From assembly GCF_009834535.1 (NCBI RefSeq), contig NC_045697.1, positions 3,040,001-3,104,000 of the forward strand: a DNA stretch of 64,000 bases. Reading direction: 5' to 3'. A model generated the notes under the pieces. It did no database searches and was not told the origin of the DNA. It saw nothing but the letters and a program-made list of their open reading frames with translations. The position numbers and the translations under genes were made by a program. The DNA comes from Camelus ferus. Its lineage: Eukaryota. Shown one piece after another: positions 1 to 12,465 of this stretch. How positions within the stretch are numbered: the first letter of the stretch is position 1; each line of letters opens with the position of its first letter.

Positions 1-454
1 GGCCCTGCCTGTGCTCCGTGGGGCCGGGCTCTGAGCCCTCCACTCACGTTGGTACCGTGGAGGAGCAGCGAGCCCTCCCTGCCCCCCGAGGCTGCGTTCC
101 TAACAAGCCTTGTTCTGTCTGATGAAAGAGGAGGGCCACTTGTCAGAAGGCACAAGACATCTTTTTAAAACCACGCACTACAAGATCTCACAGGCTTTGA
201 TACACTTTTAAACTCTGAGTCATCTTGAGTCCCACCTGGGTGGGCCGCCTGCCCAGCTGGGGGCTGGGGTGGCTGCACAGAGGACCCGCCACGTGCTGAT
301 GTTTGAGGCCCTTCCGACAGTGACCACGAGGAAGGGCCCTGAAGCAGCCCACGTGGAACGTGGCCCCGGAGAGAGGGCGGGAGTGACAGCGGGGTTAATA
401 CAGGGGAGAGGATACCTTAGTGCTTGGCTCTATGAGCCTGTTAGTCTGCGTGGC

Positions 455-630
455 CGCTGTGCCAGTGGCTGTGAGGCTTAAATGACACACACTTACTTCT
501 CAGAGCTGTGGAGGCTGGAGAGCCGAGACCCAAAGGGGGCCCCTGGCTTGTGTCCTCGTGGGGCAGAGAGTTCTCTGGTGTCTCTTAAGGACACTAATGT
601 CCGTATAAGACATCACGGGGGCCCCAGGTC
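455..630 (-). mobile_element. Degenerate MLT1-type (MaLR) LTR fragment
   Basis: ggcttaaa...cacttacttctcagagctgtggaggctggagagccgaga...tctcttaaggacactaat resembles the antisense MLT1 pattern. Confidence 0.5.
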
Positions 631-639
631 TCGAGACGG

Positions 640-1445
640 CATTCCTTTTTCAGGCTGAATGATCTCCCGTTGACAGAGGCCACAGTGTGCTTACCGCTCG
701 GCCGCTGCCGGCCTTACAGGCTGTTTCCAGCTTCCGGCTGTCGGGAAGGACGCTGCTGTGAACGTTCGCGTACCAGGCTTTGTGCGGACCTGTGTTTTGA
801 TTTATCTTTATTTCTCTCGTTCTCGTCTGTTTGTTTTTCATATATGCCTAGGAGTGGAATTGCTGGGTTATACGATTAGTCTGTGTGTATCTTCCGGAGG
901 CTCTGGCAAACCGCCTCCCGCAGTGGCTGCGCCCTTCCCCGCCCCGCACGAGGGCCCGGCTCCCCTGGCCTCGGCAGCGCCTGCTGTTCCCCGTTCTGTT
1001 TTGTCGTGGCTACAGTGGCCCTGGTGGGTGTGCCGCGGCGGCTCCCTGCTGCCTGGATTTGCATTTCCTCAAGGACAGTGATGTTGAGCATCTTGTGTTT
1101 GCTTCTTGGCTGTTCCTGTATCTTCTTTGGAAAAAAATGTCTGTTCAAGTCCTTTGCCCATTTTTAAGTGGAGCGTTGGTCCTTTTGCTGCTGAGCTGTC
1201 AGAGTTCTTTATATGTTCTGGAGACTCAACACTTATCAGATCTATGATTTGCAAATATTTTCTCCAGTTCTGTGATTTGTGTTTCCACTTTCTTGATAAC
1301 GTCCTTTGACGCACAGCAGTTTTTACTTTTTCTGAAGCCCGGTTAATCTGTGGTGGTATTGCGGCTCTTGCTTTTGGTGTCGTATCCAAGAATCCGAGGT
1401 CATCAGAATCTACCTTGTGCTTCCTTCTACAGTTTTATGCTTTTG
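640..1445 (-). mobile_element. L1 (L1M-type) ORF2 3' end / 3'UTR fragment, antisense
   Basis: Hallmark strings tatatgcctaggagtggaattgctggg, gatgttgagcatct, aaatgtctgttcaagtcctttgcccatttt, tgatttgcaaatattttctcc. Confidence 0.85.
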
Positions 1446-1449
1446 TGGG

Positions 1450-1745
1450 AGAACTCTTATTGGCATGTAACACACAGGAGTCCATGAATATGCCATGTGC
1501 AACCTGATAAGTCCTCACACACTGGACACACCCAGTAACCAGCACCCAGACCAAGAAGGAGCATGCCCAGCCCCCCAGTCGCCCCTGGGAGCCCCCGATG
1601 GCAGCCCCCACCCTGACCCTAACAGTGTAGATTCATTTGCCTCATTTTGAACTTTGCAAAACTGGAATCTGCTCTTTAGTGTCTGACTTCCTTCGCTCAG
1701 TCTTGGGTCTGTCAGAGGCCTCTGTACTGATTGTTCATGGGGTGG
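1450..1745 (-). mobile_element. Old L1 (L1ME/L1MC-like) 3' end fragment
   Basis: taaccagcacccagaccaagaag...tagattcatttgcctcattttgaactt...gtctgacttccttcgctca pattern. Confidence 0.6.
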
Positions 1746-1799
1746 GGTTGGGGGACCCACAGAGTCAGGGACCCCCAGGCTGGAGGCTGAGGCCACAAG

Positions 1800-1950
1800 G
1801 GCCAGACTCCTGGACTGCAAGCCTGGCTCCACCGCCTCACACTGTGTGACCTTGCTCAGCTTCCTCTACCTCTCTGTGCCCTTATGGAAACGAGGGTAGT
1901 AATGTACCTCATCTCAAGGATGAAGGCAAGTTAGCGTGTGGAAGGGCTTC
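1800..1950 (+). mobile_element. MIR SINE
   Basis: ctggctccaccg...ctgtgtgaccttg...ctctctgtgcc...aatgtacctcatctcaagg core. Confidence 0.65.
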
Positions 1951-3781
1951 TGGCTCACGCTGCGGGAGTCACTGGCAGCCCCCAACCCCCACCCCGCCCT
2001 GGGGCTGTTATTTTTGGAGACCAGGTGCTAGAGGTGGGAGGTGCTTTCTAGGCGGAGGGAAGAGCAAGAATGCGGGGCGGGTTCTCTGCTCAGCCTTAAT
2101 TCTCATTGATCGGGTCAGGGTATCCAGCCTGTCACCTTAGAAAATGCCCCCGCAGTCTCCTCTGTCCACCTGACTGACGTGTGGAGACGTGACGCGAGGT
2201 GCGCCGTGGAGACAGCTGTGTCCGTTTCCCTCATCAGGTGCTGTCTCACCCAAGTGGCTGTCACCGAACTTCTGCTGTTTGAAGTCATGAGGGTGGGTTC
2301 CCCCGACCCAGAGTGAAGGGGGGTGCCTGCAGGAGCGAGGTGTGAGGGCAGGTCACAGGTCGCAGTGACAACTGGGACCTTGCTGACAGGAGGTTTCTGC
2401 TTAAAGCTACAGAGCTGTTCCCATCCCTGATTCCACCTCAGAGAGGGGGCTGCTTTGACCCCTTGGCATTTGGATGCTGGTCATCACTGAAATGGTGTGT
2501 CCCCCTCACTCCCCCGGGGCCCAGTGCTGCGGTGTGTTGCGCTACCCAGATCAATCCTGCATCTAGGGGTTCCTGAAGTGACCCCCTGCCAAGTCCTGCC
2601 CTCGGAGGCTCACTGTCTAGCAAGGAAGAATTACCTGAAATGATTGTCAAACTCTGTGGAATGGGGCTCTGGGAGCCCAGAACAGGGACATATTCAGGGG
2701 GCGCTTCCAAGAGGAGGTGGCGTGGCGGTGAGATAGGAAGGTCCGGGTGGCCCGGGTGGGAGAGCGGGAAGAGCACTCCAGGTGGAAGGGACGGGCAGGT
2801 GCAAAGGCCCAGAGGCTGCAAAGCAGGCGGGACTGAGGATGCAGCCTCCTGACACTTCCCAGAAGCATCCCTTTGCCTGAAGACCTCGCTGGGCCACGTC
2901 CACTGGCACATCGGGCCCCACGCAGGAGAGGAGCCTGCTCTGGGTTCTTCCTCCTGACACGCAGGGGTCGCCTCGGGCCTGGTTTGCAGGGGAGGCACCG
3001 GGGGCCAGGGGAGGGAAAACGAGAGGCTTGTGATGAATTTCACTGCGGTACTTACTGACTCAGGGGAGCGAGTGTTACTAAGTCAGATTCAGAGAGTGGT
3101 GATTAACCTTCCCGTTTTAGGGCAGAGCGAGTCGGGGCTGAGCATCGCAGGCAGCAGCAGGCTGCAGCCCCGCCCGCCACCAGGTCCCGGTACAGTCCTG
3201 CTCGATACAGTGTATTGGGGTGGTTTTTGTACTTTGTTGAAAGAAGCCAAACTTGCCGATGTAAATTGCTTTGGTTATTTCAGTGTTAATATTTTAATCT
3301 GGTTTAATGGGTTTTAAGAACTATAAAACAGTAAACGCTAATTGAGAAAACTGAGCAATACAAGGATACAAAAAGAAAATGAGTCATCATTTTCACCCCA
3401 CCTTTCCTGTCACTCCACCTGGGAAGATACTTTTAGCATCACCCTCTCCTCCCCAACCCCCCACGCACAGAGATGCGTGGGACCTGGCCCTCCTCTGCCT
3501 CATGCTGGGCAGACCCCTCTGCCGCTGAGCCGGGAGGAGCAGGTGACACAGCTGCTCTCCTGGGGACGGGTCTCTGCTCCCAGGCTGGCCCTCAGCACCC
3601 TGGACAGCCTGGGTCACCACTGGTCCCGTCCCATCCTGCCCCACAGTGTGGGCTCCCTGCTACACCACCCGCCTTCCAGCCTCATCTGGGCACCTGGTGT
3701 GGGCACGCTGTGCCCCGGGCTGAGTGCCGCTGTTCGGGCCCCTCACCCCGTGCTAACGCTGCCTCTCTCTGCTCTGTCCAG

Positions 3782-3869
3782 GCGGGGGAGAAGCACTACC
3801 ACCCTCTGTGCGCACTATGCGTCCGGTGCGGCCGGATGTTTTCGGAAGGCGAGGAGATGTACCTGCAAG
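3782..3869 (+). CDS. ABLIM2: ABLIM2 exon, LIM4 domain part: AGEKHYHPLCALCVRCGRMFSEGEEMYLQ(G)
   Basis: ctctgtccag acceptor, gtaaga donor, 88 nt, phase 0-1; H-x2-C-x2-C-x2-C LIM ligands. Confidence 0.96.
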
Positions 3870-4699
3870 GTAAGAAGACGTGTGCTGCTCCGGACCCTCG
3901 GGTGACGCGCCCTGTGCTGGGTGTGAGCGCGTGGGTCACACGAGCCTCCCGGGTGGTTAAGAAGCCCTGCCCCTCAGCGGGGGTGGGGGGCCCGGCTGGG
4001 CAGGGGTCCCCACCACCCAGCACCCGCCGGTCTAGGCAGAATGACAGACAGCCTGCCTCCTTTTGCGTCATCCGTCCAGGTGATGTCCGTGAACCTGAGA
4101 TGGACGAGATTTTTAAAAAGTCGAATTCAAGAGCAGGACCCAGGAGTGTTGGAAATGTGGGGCCTCGTAGCAAAATGTGAAACAACAAGTAGTCCATGGT
4201 GCCTGTGGGGGCTTCAGGCCTGTCCCGAAAGCCCCTTAGCCCAGGGTCCAGGTTGATGAAGGGACGTGGAGACCAGTCACTCCCAAGTCTTCCTTCCTGG
4301 CCAGGGGAATCACCAGAGCGTCAGTAAGAGTTTTGGAGACAAAAACAGCCAACCTTCTAACCATTTCATGCATTTCGTGGGAAATCCCCCAACCTGGTCA
4401 CCATTAAAAATAAAAACAGTAACAATAGAGCGAAGGCGAAGCGTCCTGTGGCCACCAGACCCGGAGAAACAGCGGGGCGGCCAGCTGCCCTCCTTCCTTC
4501 TGCAGTGACCCCTCTCCACTCATTGCTACCGGTTTAAAAATTACATCAACGCTCAGCCTGGAGCTCACAGCCCCATCTGTTCACTGACGACATGTTTCTT
4601 CCCTGGGGCTGGGGGGACACAGCCGCTCTCCTTTGACTACACTTAGTGTATCACTCTGATGGCCCCCCTCCCCCCACCGCCTGCGGCTCCCTCATTCCC

Positions 4700-5085
4700 G
4701 AGCCGAGCTGCGGTGAAGGAAGCTGGTTCCACACTTGTCAAGGCAGCAGAGGAGGGGGAGCCAGCCGACTCCGAATTTGACCAGGATGGCTGGATATCCG
4801 TAGCCAGGGAGCCAGGTTGGGGTCGAGGTGGGGTGAGTGGATGGAATATTACGAAAAGAGACATGGAGCATCAGGGATTCTTGCTGAGCCGGCCTCACAG
4901 GACTCCTGCTGAAGGCCGGCCAGGGCCTGGACAGCGAAGTCAGAGGTGGGGAACGAGGTATGGTCAGAGATGGAGTAGGGAGGTTCCCACTAAACCGCTC
5001 AGCAGGATTCTTGCAGAGACTGGGCCCAGCAGATTGGAGACCTTCTCCGAGGGGCCCAAGGCAGGATGGGTTAGAGGCTGAGACC
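4700..5085 (-). mobile_element. Ancient ERV LTR fragment (MER31/MER67-like; family uncertain)
   Basis: gactccgaa...gtagccagggagc...gtgagtggatggaatattac...ggattcttgc repeated motif typical of old ERV1 LTRs. Confidence 0.45.
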
Positions 5086-6439
5086 CCCCGCCTCTGTCGC
5101 CACGGAGTCTTTGCAATGATGTCTCTGTCTCCTGTGACCCCGAGGCAGGCTGAGCAGGGCCGCACACTGCCCCATAGACCAGCCATTGGGTGACCTCACC
5201 CAGCGTCCTTCTGGGCCGAGTGTCACACAAGCCTCCTTTTCTGAGACTGAACCTCATGGGGTGACGTCAGCCAGGATAGCCTGGTCCCCAGTGTCCCCTC
5301 TTGTTCCTCAATCTCCAGAGCTTGTGAAAGGGGTCCTTTGCGCCCCTCCCAGCTGCACTGGGATGCCCAGGTGGGGAGGGGGTCCCCCTGACCGAGGTGC
5401 CCACCCCCACCATCAGTAGTGCTTTCTGTACCAGGACGTTCTGACGCCAAGCACAGTGACGCTGGGACGGCAGCTCGGGGACACGGGCTCACCATCAAGG
5501 GGGACCCAGTCTCAGAAAGAAAGACACTCTTCATGGCTCTGGGCTGAGGCTGGAAGCCTGTTCGCAAAGCGGAATCTGCCGTGACTTTCCGTGGGATGGT
5601 GAAGCCAGACCCATCCGCTCCCAGCCTCGTATGTCCCAGTTGGATCCTGAGGGTTTGGCCCCAGGCAGTTATTTTTAAGCTCCGCTCCACGGGGCACAGG
5701 GGTCCACGGTGAGGGGTCTCTTTGGGGCTCTGGCCCTGCTCTGCATGAGACCACCCTGAGACCCTCTGCCTGGTCCACCCGGATGCTGGGGGCCTCCAAG
5801 GAAGATGAGGCGGGCCATCCCCACCCCCAGCCCCAATACCAGCGCCACCACCCAGCCCTGGACACACCTTCCTCTGTAGGCTCAGCAAACATGGGAGAGT
5901 GTGGTGGACGCTCTTTCTGTCAGGGGACCCCGATCAAAATACCGATTAGATGCTACTTTTTCCAGTGTGTTGACCAAGAAATGACACGTCCCTGTGTTGC
6001 GAGCACTGGAGGAAATGGGCCTCTCACCTGGCTGGTGGGCAAAAAGTGAGAAATTAACCATTTGCTTCAGAGCCTTAAAAATGCCCACGCCCTCTGGGGC
6101 CAGACTCCACTTCTAGGAGGCCCTCCAGTAAACAAGAGGGGGCGTCTGAACCTGTGTGCAGTGGCGTCTTCGCAACTTTGTTTAGAAATAGAACAGAGCT
6201 GACAGGCAAGGAGCAGAGACGGGAATTCTCAACTGTCCGCACGACTGAATGTCACACAGCTCTTCAAGTGACCGTTTTTAATTATGTGGAAAAATATTAA
6301 GACATTTTTAAGCAAAAACCGCAGGATAGGATGCTGTGCGCGTGTGTTCTGTCTGATACGCACGTGTGCACCGGGAGGCCGCCAGCCCCGGGTGTACGAG
6401 GCTGCGGGTGATGTTGTTTTCAACTTTCAGAAATATTTT

Positions 6440-6590
6440 ATGTATTTATTTTTTGTTTTGCTTTGGGGGAGGGAGTTAATTAGGCTTCTTTCTTTATTAT
6501 TATTACTACTTTTTAACGGAGGAACCGGGGATTGAACCCAGGGCCTCAGCATGCTAAGCACACGCTCTGCCACTGAGCTCTGCCCTCCCC
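6440..6590 (-). mobile_element. tRNA-Ala-derived SINE (camelid Vic-type)
   Basis: Reverse complement ggggagggcagagctcagtggcagagcgtgtgcttagcatgctgaggccctgggttcaatccccggttcctcc has A and B boxes, followed by an A-rich spacer, cctaatta.ctcccc and an A-rich tail. Confidence 0.8.
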
Positions 6591-6705
6591 ACTACTGATG
6601 ATTTTAATTTTCTTATTTATTCATTTTTAGGCTTGTTGAAATTTTAATAAACATCATCAATTGTCTTTGTAATTGCAAACAATTGTTTTGAAAAAACAAA
6701 AGCTT

Positions 6706-6753
6706 ACACACGCACACACACACACACACACACAGACACACACACACACACAC
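6706..6753 (+). repeat. (CA)n microsatellite, interrupted
   Basis: acacacgcacacacacacacacacacacagacacacacacacacaca. Confidence 0.95.
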
Positions 6754-7787
6754 AGCGATCAATCCAGGTCTGTCCGGCGGCTGCCAGTCAGAGCAGGTGT
6801 TTTACAGGGAGGAGCAGTGATGAGTTCCCTTCCCGGGTGTTAAGCAACCTGGAGGCTTTGCCAGCAGAAACGGACGGGCGCTCCTTCCTTCCACCCAGCT
6901 GTTGAAGCCCTACTATGTGCCAGGCCCATGTGGTTTGTTGAAGGGATATTGGAGGGTGTTGGACACACCACCACTTTCAGGGGCGTGGCCCCCAAGTCAT
7001 TACCCCTATTTAATTTCATTAAATTCTCCCAGTGGCCTGGCGAGGTAGGGTGTCATTGGCCCTGCGTGCAGGTGGGGAAAATCTGAGACTGGGGAAGGTC
7101 GAGTTTGAATTAGCGCAGGGCCTTGGGGCCCTTCGAGACCTGTTACCTTGATGGCGGTGGCTGTCGATGTGGGACACTGGGTGGGGCTGGCAAGTAAAGA
7201 GACTGAGGCCCCAGTGGGTCAGCTCAGAGACCCCATGAATGCGTGAGGGGTGGGGCCCCCACCCGAGGCCCTGCTCTTCACCCCGCACTAAGGTTCCCAA
7301 GTGAGGGGCTCCGTCCCACCTCCCAGCCAAGAGCCCTGCCCCAAAGCCCTCACACCCCAGCTGAGTTCCCACCTGGCTCCGGTCCCCAGGGTGCCTGTGG
7401 CTGGGCCTGGCCTCTGCCCACCTCGCATGGAGAGGAGCGGGTTGGAAGTCACCTGGCAGCCCCTTTCTGTCCCCAGCCTGTGAACCAGAAGCCACCCATG
7501 TCTGGCTGCCCGGGGCTAGGGTTCCGAGGGACTGGGTGCAGGCCCCTGAGGAGCAGGTAGCCCACGGTGGTGAGTTTCCCATCCCTCTCATGTCCCCCCA
7601 GTGGGGCTATGAACTCCAGTGATCTGCACACCCCAGGCTCAGCACTGACCCTGTGACTCTGGCCCAGAGGAGCAGAGGTGATGAGAATCCGTGTGTGGAC
7701 CGCCGGCTCCCTCCTCCTGACTCTCCGTGTGACCCCTGCATCCGGGGACATGACACTAACACTTCCCTTTTGTAACTCCGTCCACAG

Positions 7788-7846
7788 GCTCCTCCATCTG
7801 GCACCCGGCGTGTCGGCAAACAGCGAGGACTGAAGACAAAAACAAG
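7788..7846 (+). CDS. ABLIM2: ABLIM2 exon, end of LIM4: (G)SSIWHPACRQTARTEDKNK
   Basis: actaac branch-like motif, tccacag acceptor, gttggt donor, 59 nt, phase 1-0; supplies the final H-x2-C LIM ligands. Confidence 0.94.
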
Positions 7847-8094
7847 GTTGGTGGAATTCACTGTCTTCTCTGACACCTTTCACGCCTTCTGCGCTGTCTT
7901 CACACAGTTAAGGGGACGCTGACAACGTCTGCAGACTCACTGGCCTGTCCCTCTGGGGGCAGGTGGCCTGAGGCCTGTGGGTATCAAGTTGTAAACAGGC
8001 AGATCAGCTGGGAGACACTGCTGGGTGCGGTGTGGGCATCCCAGGGTCGCCCTGCACTGGCCAGGCTCTGAAAGTGGCTAAAGTTTGGGGACAA

Positions 8095-8650
8095 GTGCAA
8101 AGTTAGTGGGTCTCCAAACAGTCCCCAAGACTGTTCACAATTCTGACACCAACTGCCAGTTCCAGGGGTCCCCACAACTGCCCTCAGTTCAACAGTGAGT
8201 GAGAAGGACTCACAGAGGTCACTGAAAACGATCATAATCACGATCATGGTTTATTAGGGGGCAGGACGCAGAGTGAAATCTGCCCAGCATGGGGCAGGGT
8301 CCTGAAGGGTCCAAACACACGGTGCCACTGTCCCCTCCCCACGGAGTCAGGACTTGGCACCTCCCAGCATCAGTGAGTGACAGCGTGCCCTGAGCGTTGC
8401 CAATCAGGGAAGGTCCACGTCCAGAGATCTTACGGGGGCTCTGTTGATGGGTTGGTTGGTGGGTTGCCATGTGGTTGATTTCACTCTGGGTGACATGAGC
8501 CAAGACCACCCAAATCACACGGTTGGTGTGGCATAGCCAGCCCCACCCCAGGACTTTTGGGTGTGGCTCATGCCCGACTTAAACAAAGACATCCTATCGA
8601 GTGTGACACAGATCACCTTCCAGAAGTGAAGGCAATGGCCTGGCCAAGTT
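8095..8650 (-). mobile_element. MER21-like LTR
   Basis: ttctgacaccaactgcc...ggtcccca...ccctcagttc...aaggactcacaga...cactgaaa...atggtttatta matches the recalled MER21 pattern. Confidence 0.7.
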
Positions 8651-8679
8651 CTTCACCCCTCAGAGGCCCTGCTGGGCGC

Positions 8680-9020
8680 CAGGCAGGAGGTGCAACATGA
8701 GGAAGGAGGCAGGCGTGTACCTGGCCCTCCTGGGGCTGGCTTTCCAAAGAGAGAAAGAAATCAATGCCTAAACAGGCAAATAATGTCACAACAGCTGGCC
8801 AGGTGGAACAGCAGGGAAGGACCAACTTGACCTGGGATGGTGAGGGTGGGGGTGGCCTCCAGAGGACTGAGCTGGAGCTAGGCCTGGAAGATGAGATGGT
8901 GCCAGCCCTGAAGACAGGAAGGGGTAGAGGGTTCCAGGCAAGGTAGAGGCTTGTGCAAAGGCCCTGAGGCAGGAACAAGGCATGTTCCTTTGGGCTGGGG
9001 TGGCGGTGCAGTGAGCAGGG
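8680..9020 (-). mobile_element. LINE-2 fragment
   Basis: gagctaggcctggaagatgag...ttccaggcaag...tgtgcaaaggccctgaggcagga. Confidence 0.6.
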
Positions 9021-12000
9021 GAGGAGTCCCGCTGCCCCCATGCTGGTGCACCTCTGCCCAGCACCTTGCCCACCCTTTCTCCCCAGCATCTTCCAAACCT
9101 GTCCCGTCCCTCAGCAATGCCCTCTTGTGACCATGCCTCCTGGCCAACTCCTTCTCTGGGTCCTTTAAGACTCATCTAGAATGTCAGCCCCTGAGGACTT
9201 TGCTGAATCCTCCCACTCCCTACATCCTCAGCTCACACCTCTAGCTGCCCCTTCCCTCGGAGCCTGGGGGCAATGCTCCTGTCTCTCTGTCCTGAATTCT
9301 TGGCTCCTGGCTCAAGTCCTGGCATGTGACACACTCAAGTGTTTGTCAAATAAAGGAAGGAGGTGACTCTAGGGGTAAACTACAGCCCGGGGGACCACAG
9401 GCCCCCGGAGAAGACGCGTCTCAGCCAGCTCTGCTCCATCAGGCACTACAGGAGCCAGGGAGCCCCCAGCCCCAGGAGCCAAGCCCGTGCGATGCTCAGA
9501 ATCCCTTTGCGGGGGGCTGGGGGTTGCTGTGCCACCCGCAGTTTCAGGTGAAGACACTGAGGTGAACTGGGTCCCCAGGGGTGGCTGAGAGGAGTGGAGG
9601 CTGGAGAATCAGGCAGGGCTCCCGGGGAGAGTGTGGGGGCAGGCCAACCCGGGGGCCTCAGCAGCCCCCTGAGACTCTCCGGTAGCTGCGTTTACAGGAG
9701 GGACTGGTGCCCAGAGGAACTCTGCCCCCGGGAAAGGGGCGGAGTCTGCTACTGGGGTGCTTTGCTCTTTACTGTTGACGTGGGTTCTGTCCGCTGAGCC
9801 CTTCAGTAATACATTTACTGCGGGAGCCAGGGGAGCCCCCTCGCCCTTGGCTGTGTGGTGTGGGCAGATCCAGAGCAGCAAACCTGAGCTGAAAGCCAGG
9901 TGTCAGCCTGTCCCCAGACCCAGCAGACACTGCGGGTGCTCAGGGTTTGGGAATTCCTGGTGGGGCTGGACAGAGATCCATCTCGTGCACTTTGATGAAC
10001 CTAGAAGATGTGACAGGGTACAGACTGGCGGAGGGGACCTTCCTCATACCAGCCCCCTCAGAGTGGGTGGGACCCAACCCAATTCAGTGGACCCTTGCTA
10101 AGCCTGTTCTGAAAGAACCAAACAGAGGGAAATTCTCCCAGTTTCTTTAGCAATCGATTTCAGTGGGTTTGGAAGCCCACCCCCCCCACACACCTTTTCC
10201 TGCATCCACTCATTCATGATTCATTCATTCAGCAGAACTTCCTTGAGGGTCTGGTTGTGCCAAGCCCCGTTCTCGGCCTGGGGCGCCAAGGTGGCCGAGT
10301 CACAAGTCGTGTCCCCAGCTGCTCCTGGTAGAGGCAGGAACAGGTGGACACACGTGGACGTCATGTCGGAGAGCCACGAGGACCCTCCTACTACACCTGG
10401 CATGGCACGGAGACCTGGGGAAAGGTGGCCCTGGGTCAGGGCAGGAGGGCTCCATGGAGGAGGGCCACATGCCCAGGGTCCTCCCCTAACCAGGTCAGGG
10501 TGGCCGGCGCCAGCTCCTGGATTCTGGACCCGCTGTCGGCTGGCCTCGGGGCTGCCGGGAGCCCGCTCCGTCCAGGCCGGGCAGCAGCAACAACCTCTGC
10601 CCTCAGCCCGGAGGCCAGCCTGTGATGACCACAGGCCATGGGCCCAGCAGCGGGAGGCCCTCTGGACGCTGGGTGCTGGCGGCCGGGCGGCCGGAGTTGG
10701 CTTCCTGGACCCATTTTCACAGATGCTTTGGGAACATTTGGGGCAGAGGCCGGCAGCCCGAGAGCAGCTACCCTCTTAGTGCTGCGGCCTGGGCTGGTGC
10801 TGCTCTGGGCCTGCCCCTCTGTGTCCTGGGACGGGATCCAGGCCCTGGTCACGCCCTGCATGTCCCTTGTTCCACCCCCGCTGCCCAAGACCCAGCCCCG
10901 CCCCCACCCCCGCCCCCAGAGCCGCCTCTGCCTCACCCAGGAGGTGAGAATGGGCGGCGCCAGGAAGCGAGGGGCCGGGCGGCACGGAAGGCTTTCCCCG
11001 GGCGCTCGTCCCCATGGAGAGAGCTCTCCTGGCCAGCCAGCCGCTCCCAGCCTGGGCAGAGGGAGAGGGGCAGCGTGCAGCCGCCCTGCTGCCTGCCCGG
11101 CGCCCCGAAACGTTCCATAGCAGACCCAGACCCCACCCCCACCTCTCAAGGTCATGCTGGTAATAACCCCAGGGCCGCCCCACCTGTGCCGGGAAGCATC
11201 CCTCAGGGCTGGGGGACAGTCTTGGTCTGCAGTTCTCAGCGTCTGGGCACTTTTCTTTCAAAACACCCAATGCCAGTCTGCTTTGCAAACAAGGGGCTTC
11301 CCACTGTGAGCAGGAAGAATGACTCGAATTGAAGTAAAAGTAAGGATGGTTTCTCAGTGCCAAGCAAGGGCCAGGCCAGGTCTCCGAGTCTTCAGAAATA
11401 GACGGTGCCTTTCAGGCAGGTGTTTGCACTTCACAGAGAAGGAAGCTGAGACTCAGAGGCTTAAATGTGTACGTACATCATTTTTGCCTAGGAAAGTAGG
11501 CGACCTGGCCACAGGGACAGCGAGAAAGACAGGCCCTGTGTTACCTTCCTCAGATGACACTGTCACCTTTGCAACGTCGCATGGCGTCACGTCTTACTGG
11601 GGGTGGCCGAGCCTCAGGACTGCACGTGGGGTCAGGCTCAGCTCCTCGGGGGACCCCAGCCCCTGCCGGCCTTTACAAGCCTGTGGTCTGAGGGGACAGG
11701 CAGACCCCCGAGTCGACGCCCCATCCCACATGTGTAGCTGGGCCGAGGGGCCCAGGGGCAGCAGGGCAGGCCTCGAGGAGGATGCTGGGGCGATGACGGG
11801 GGACAAGGAGAGAGGATGGACCGGCGCCGACGAGTGGCTGAGCGCAGAGTTGACCCAGGAGCATCATGCCCTCTCCCTCTTCTCTTTCCTTTCTAGATGC
11901 AGAGCCAGGTGTGCAGTCAGGTTTATCTGGGCACCACCCCCTCTGCCTTCCAGGTCTGTCCCTCCCACTGCCGTGTCGGCCTCCTGTCCGGTCCTGTCGT

Positions 12001-12089
12001 CCCATCCTCGCTGGTGTTGTGCTGAGTGTAGGAGCAGCTGGAGCGGTCATCCGCTGGGAGGGGAGGGGAGGGGGGCTCCATGGCAGATG

Positions 12090-12465
12090 CCAACGTCCTG
12101 GTGCTGCTGTATAAAATGCCACAGACCGGGGGCTTGCACAGCAGAAATGAGTCTCTCACAGTCCTGGAGGCCGGAAGTCCCAGTTCAAGGTACCAGCAAG
12201 GCTGGTTTCTCCTGAGGCCCCTCTCTTTGGCGTGTAGACGGCTGTCTTCTCCCTGTGTCCCCACACGTCATCCCTCTGTGCGTATCAGTGTCCTCTTCTT
12301 ATAAGGACGCCAGTCAGATTAGAGGCAGGCCTGCCCTAAAGACCCTATTTTAATTTAATTACATCTTTTAATGTCCTATTTCCAAATACAGTCACATTCT
12401 AGGATTCTGGGGAGTTAAGACTTAAACATATGAGTTTTGGAGGGACACAGTTCCATTCATCATGC
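12090..12465 (-). mobile_element. MLT1A/B-type MaLR solo LTR
   Basis: tctcacagtcctggaggccggaagtcc...tcttataaggacgccagtcagatt...ccaaatacagtcacattct...ggacacagttc. Confidence 0.85.

Noticed and set aside
6515..6590. Possible tRNA-Ala(AGC) gene on the minus strand
   Set aside because: Diverged stems, followed by a SINE spacer and A-rich tail; it is a SINE head.
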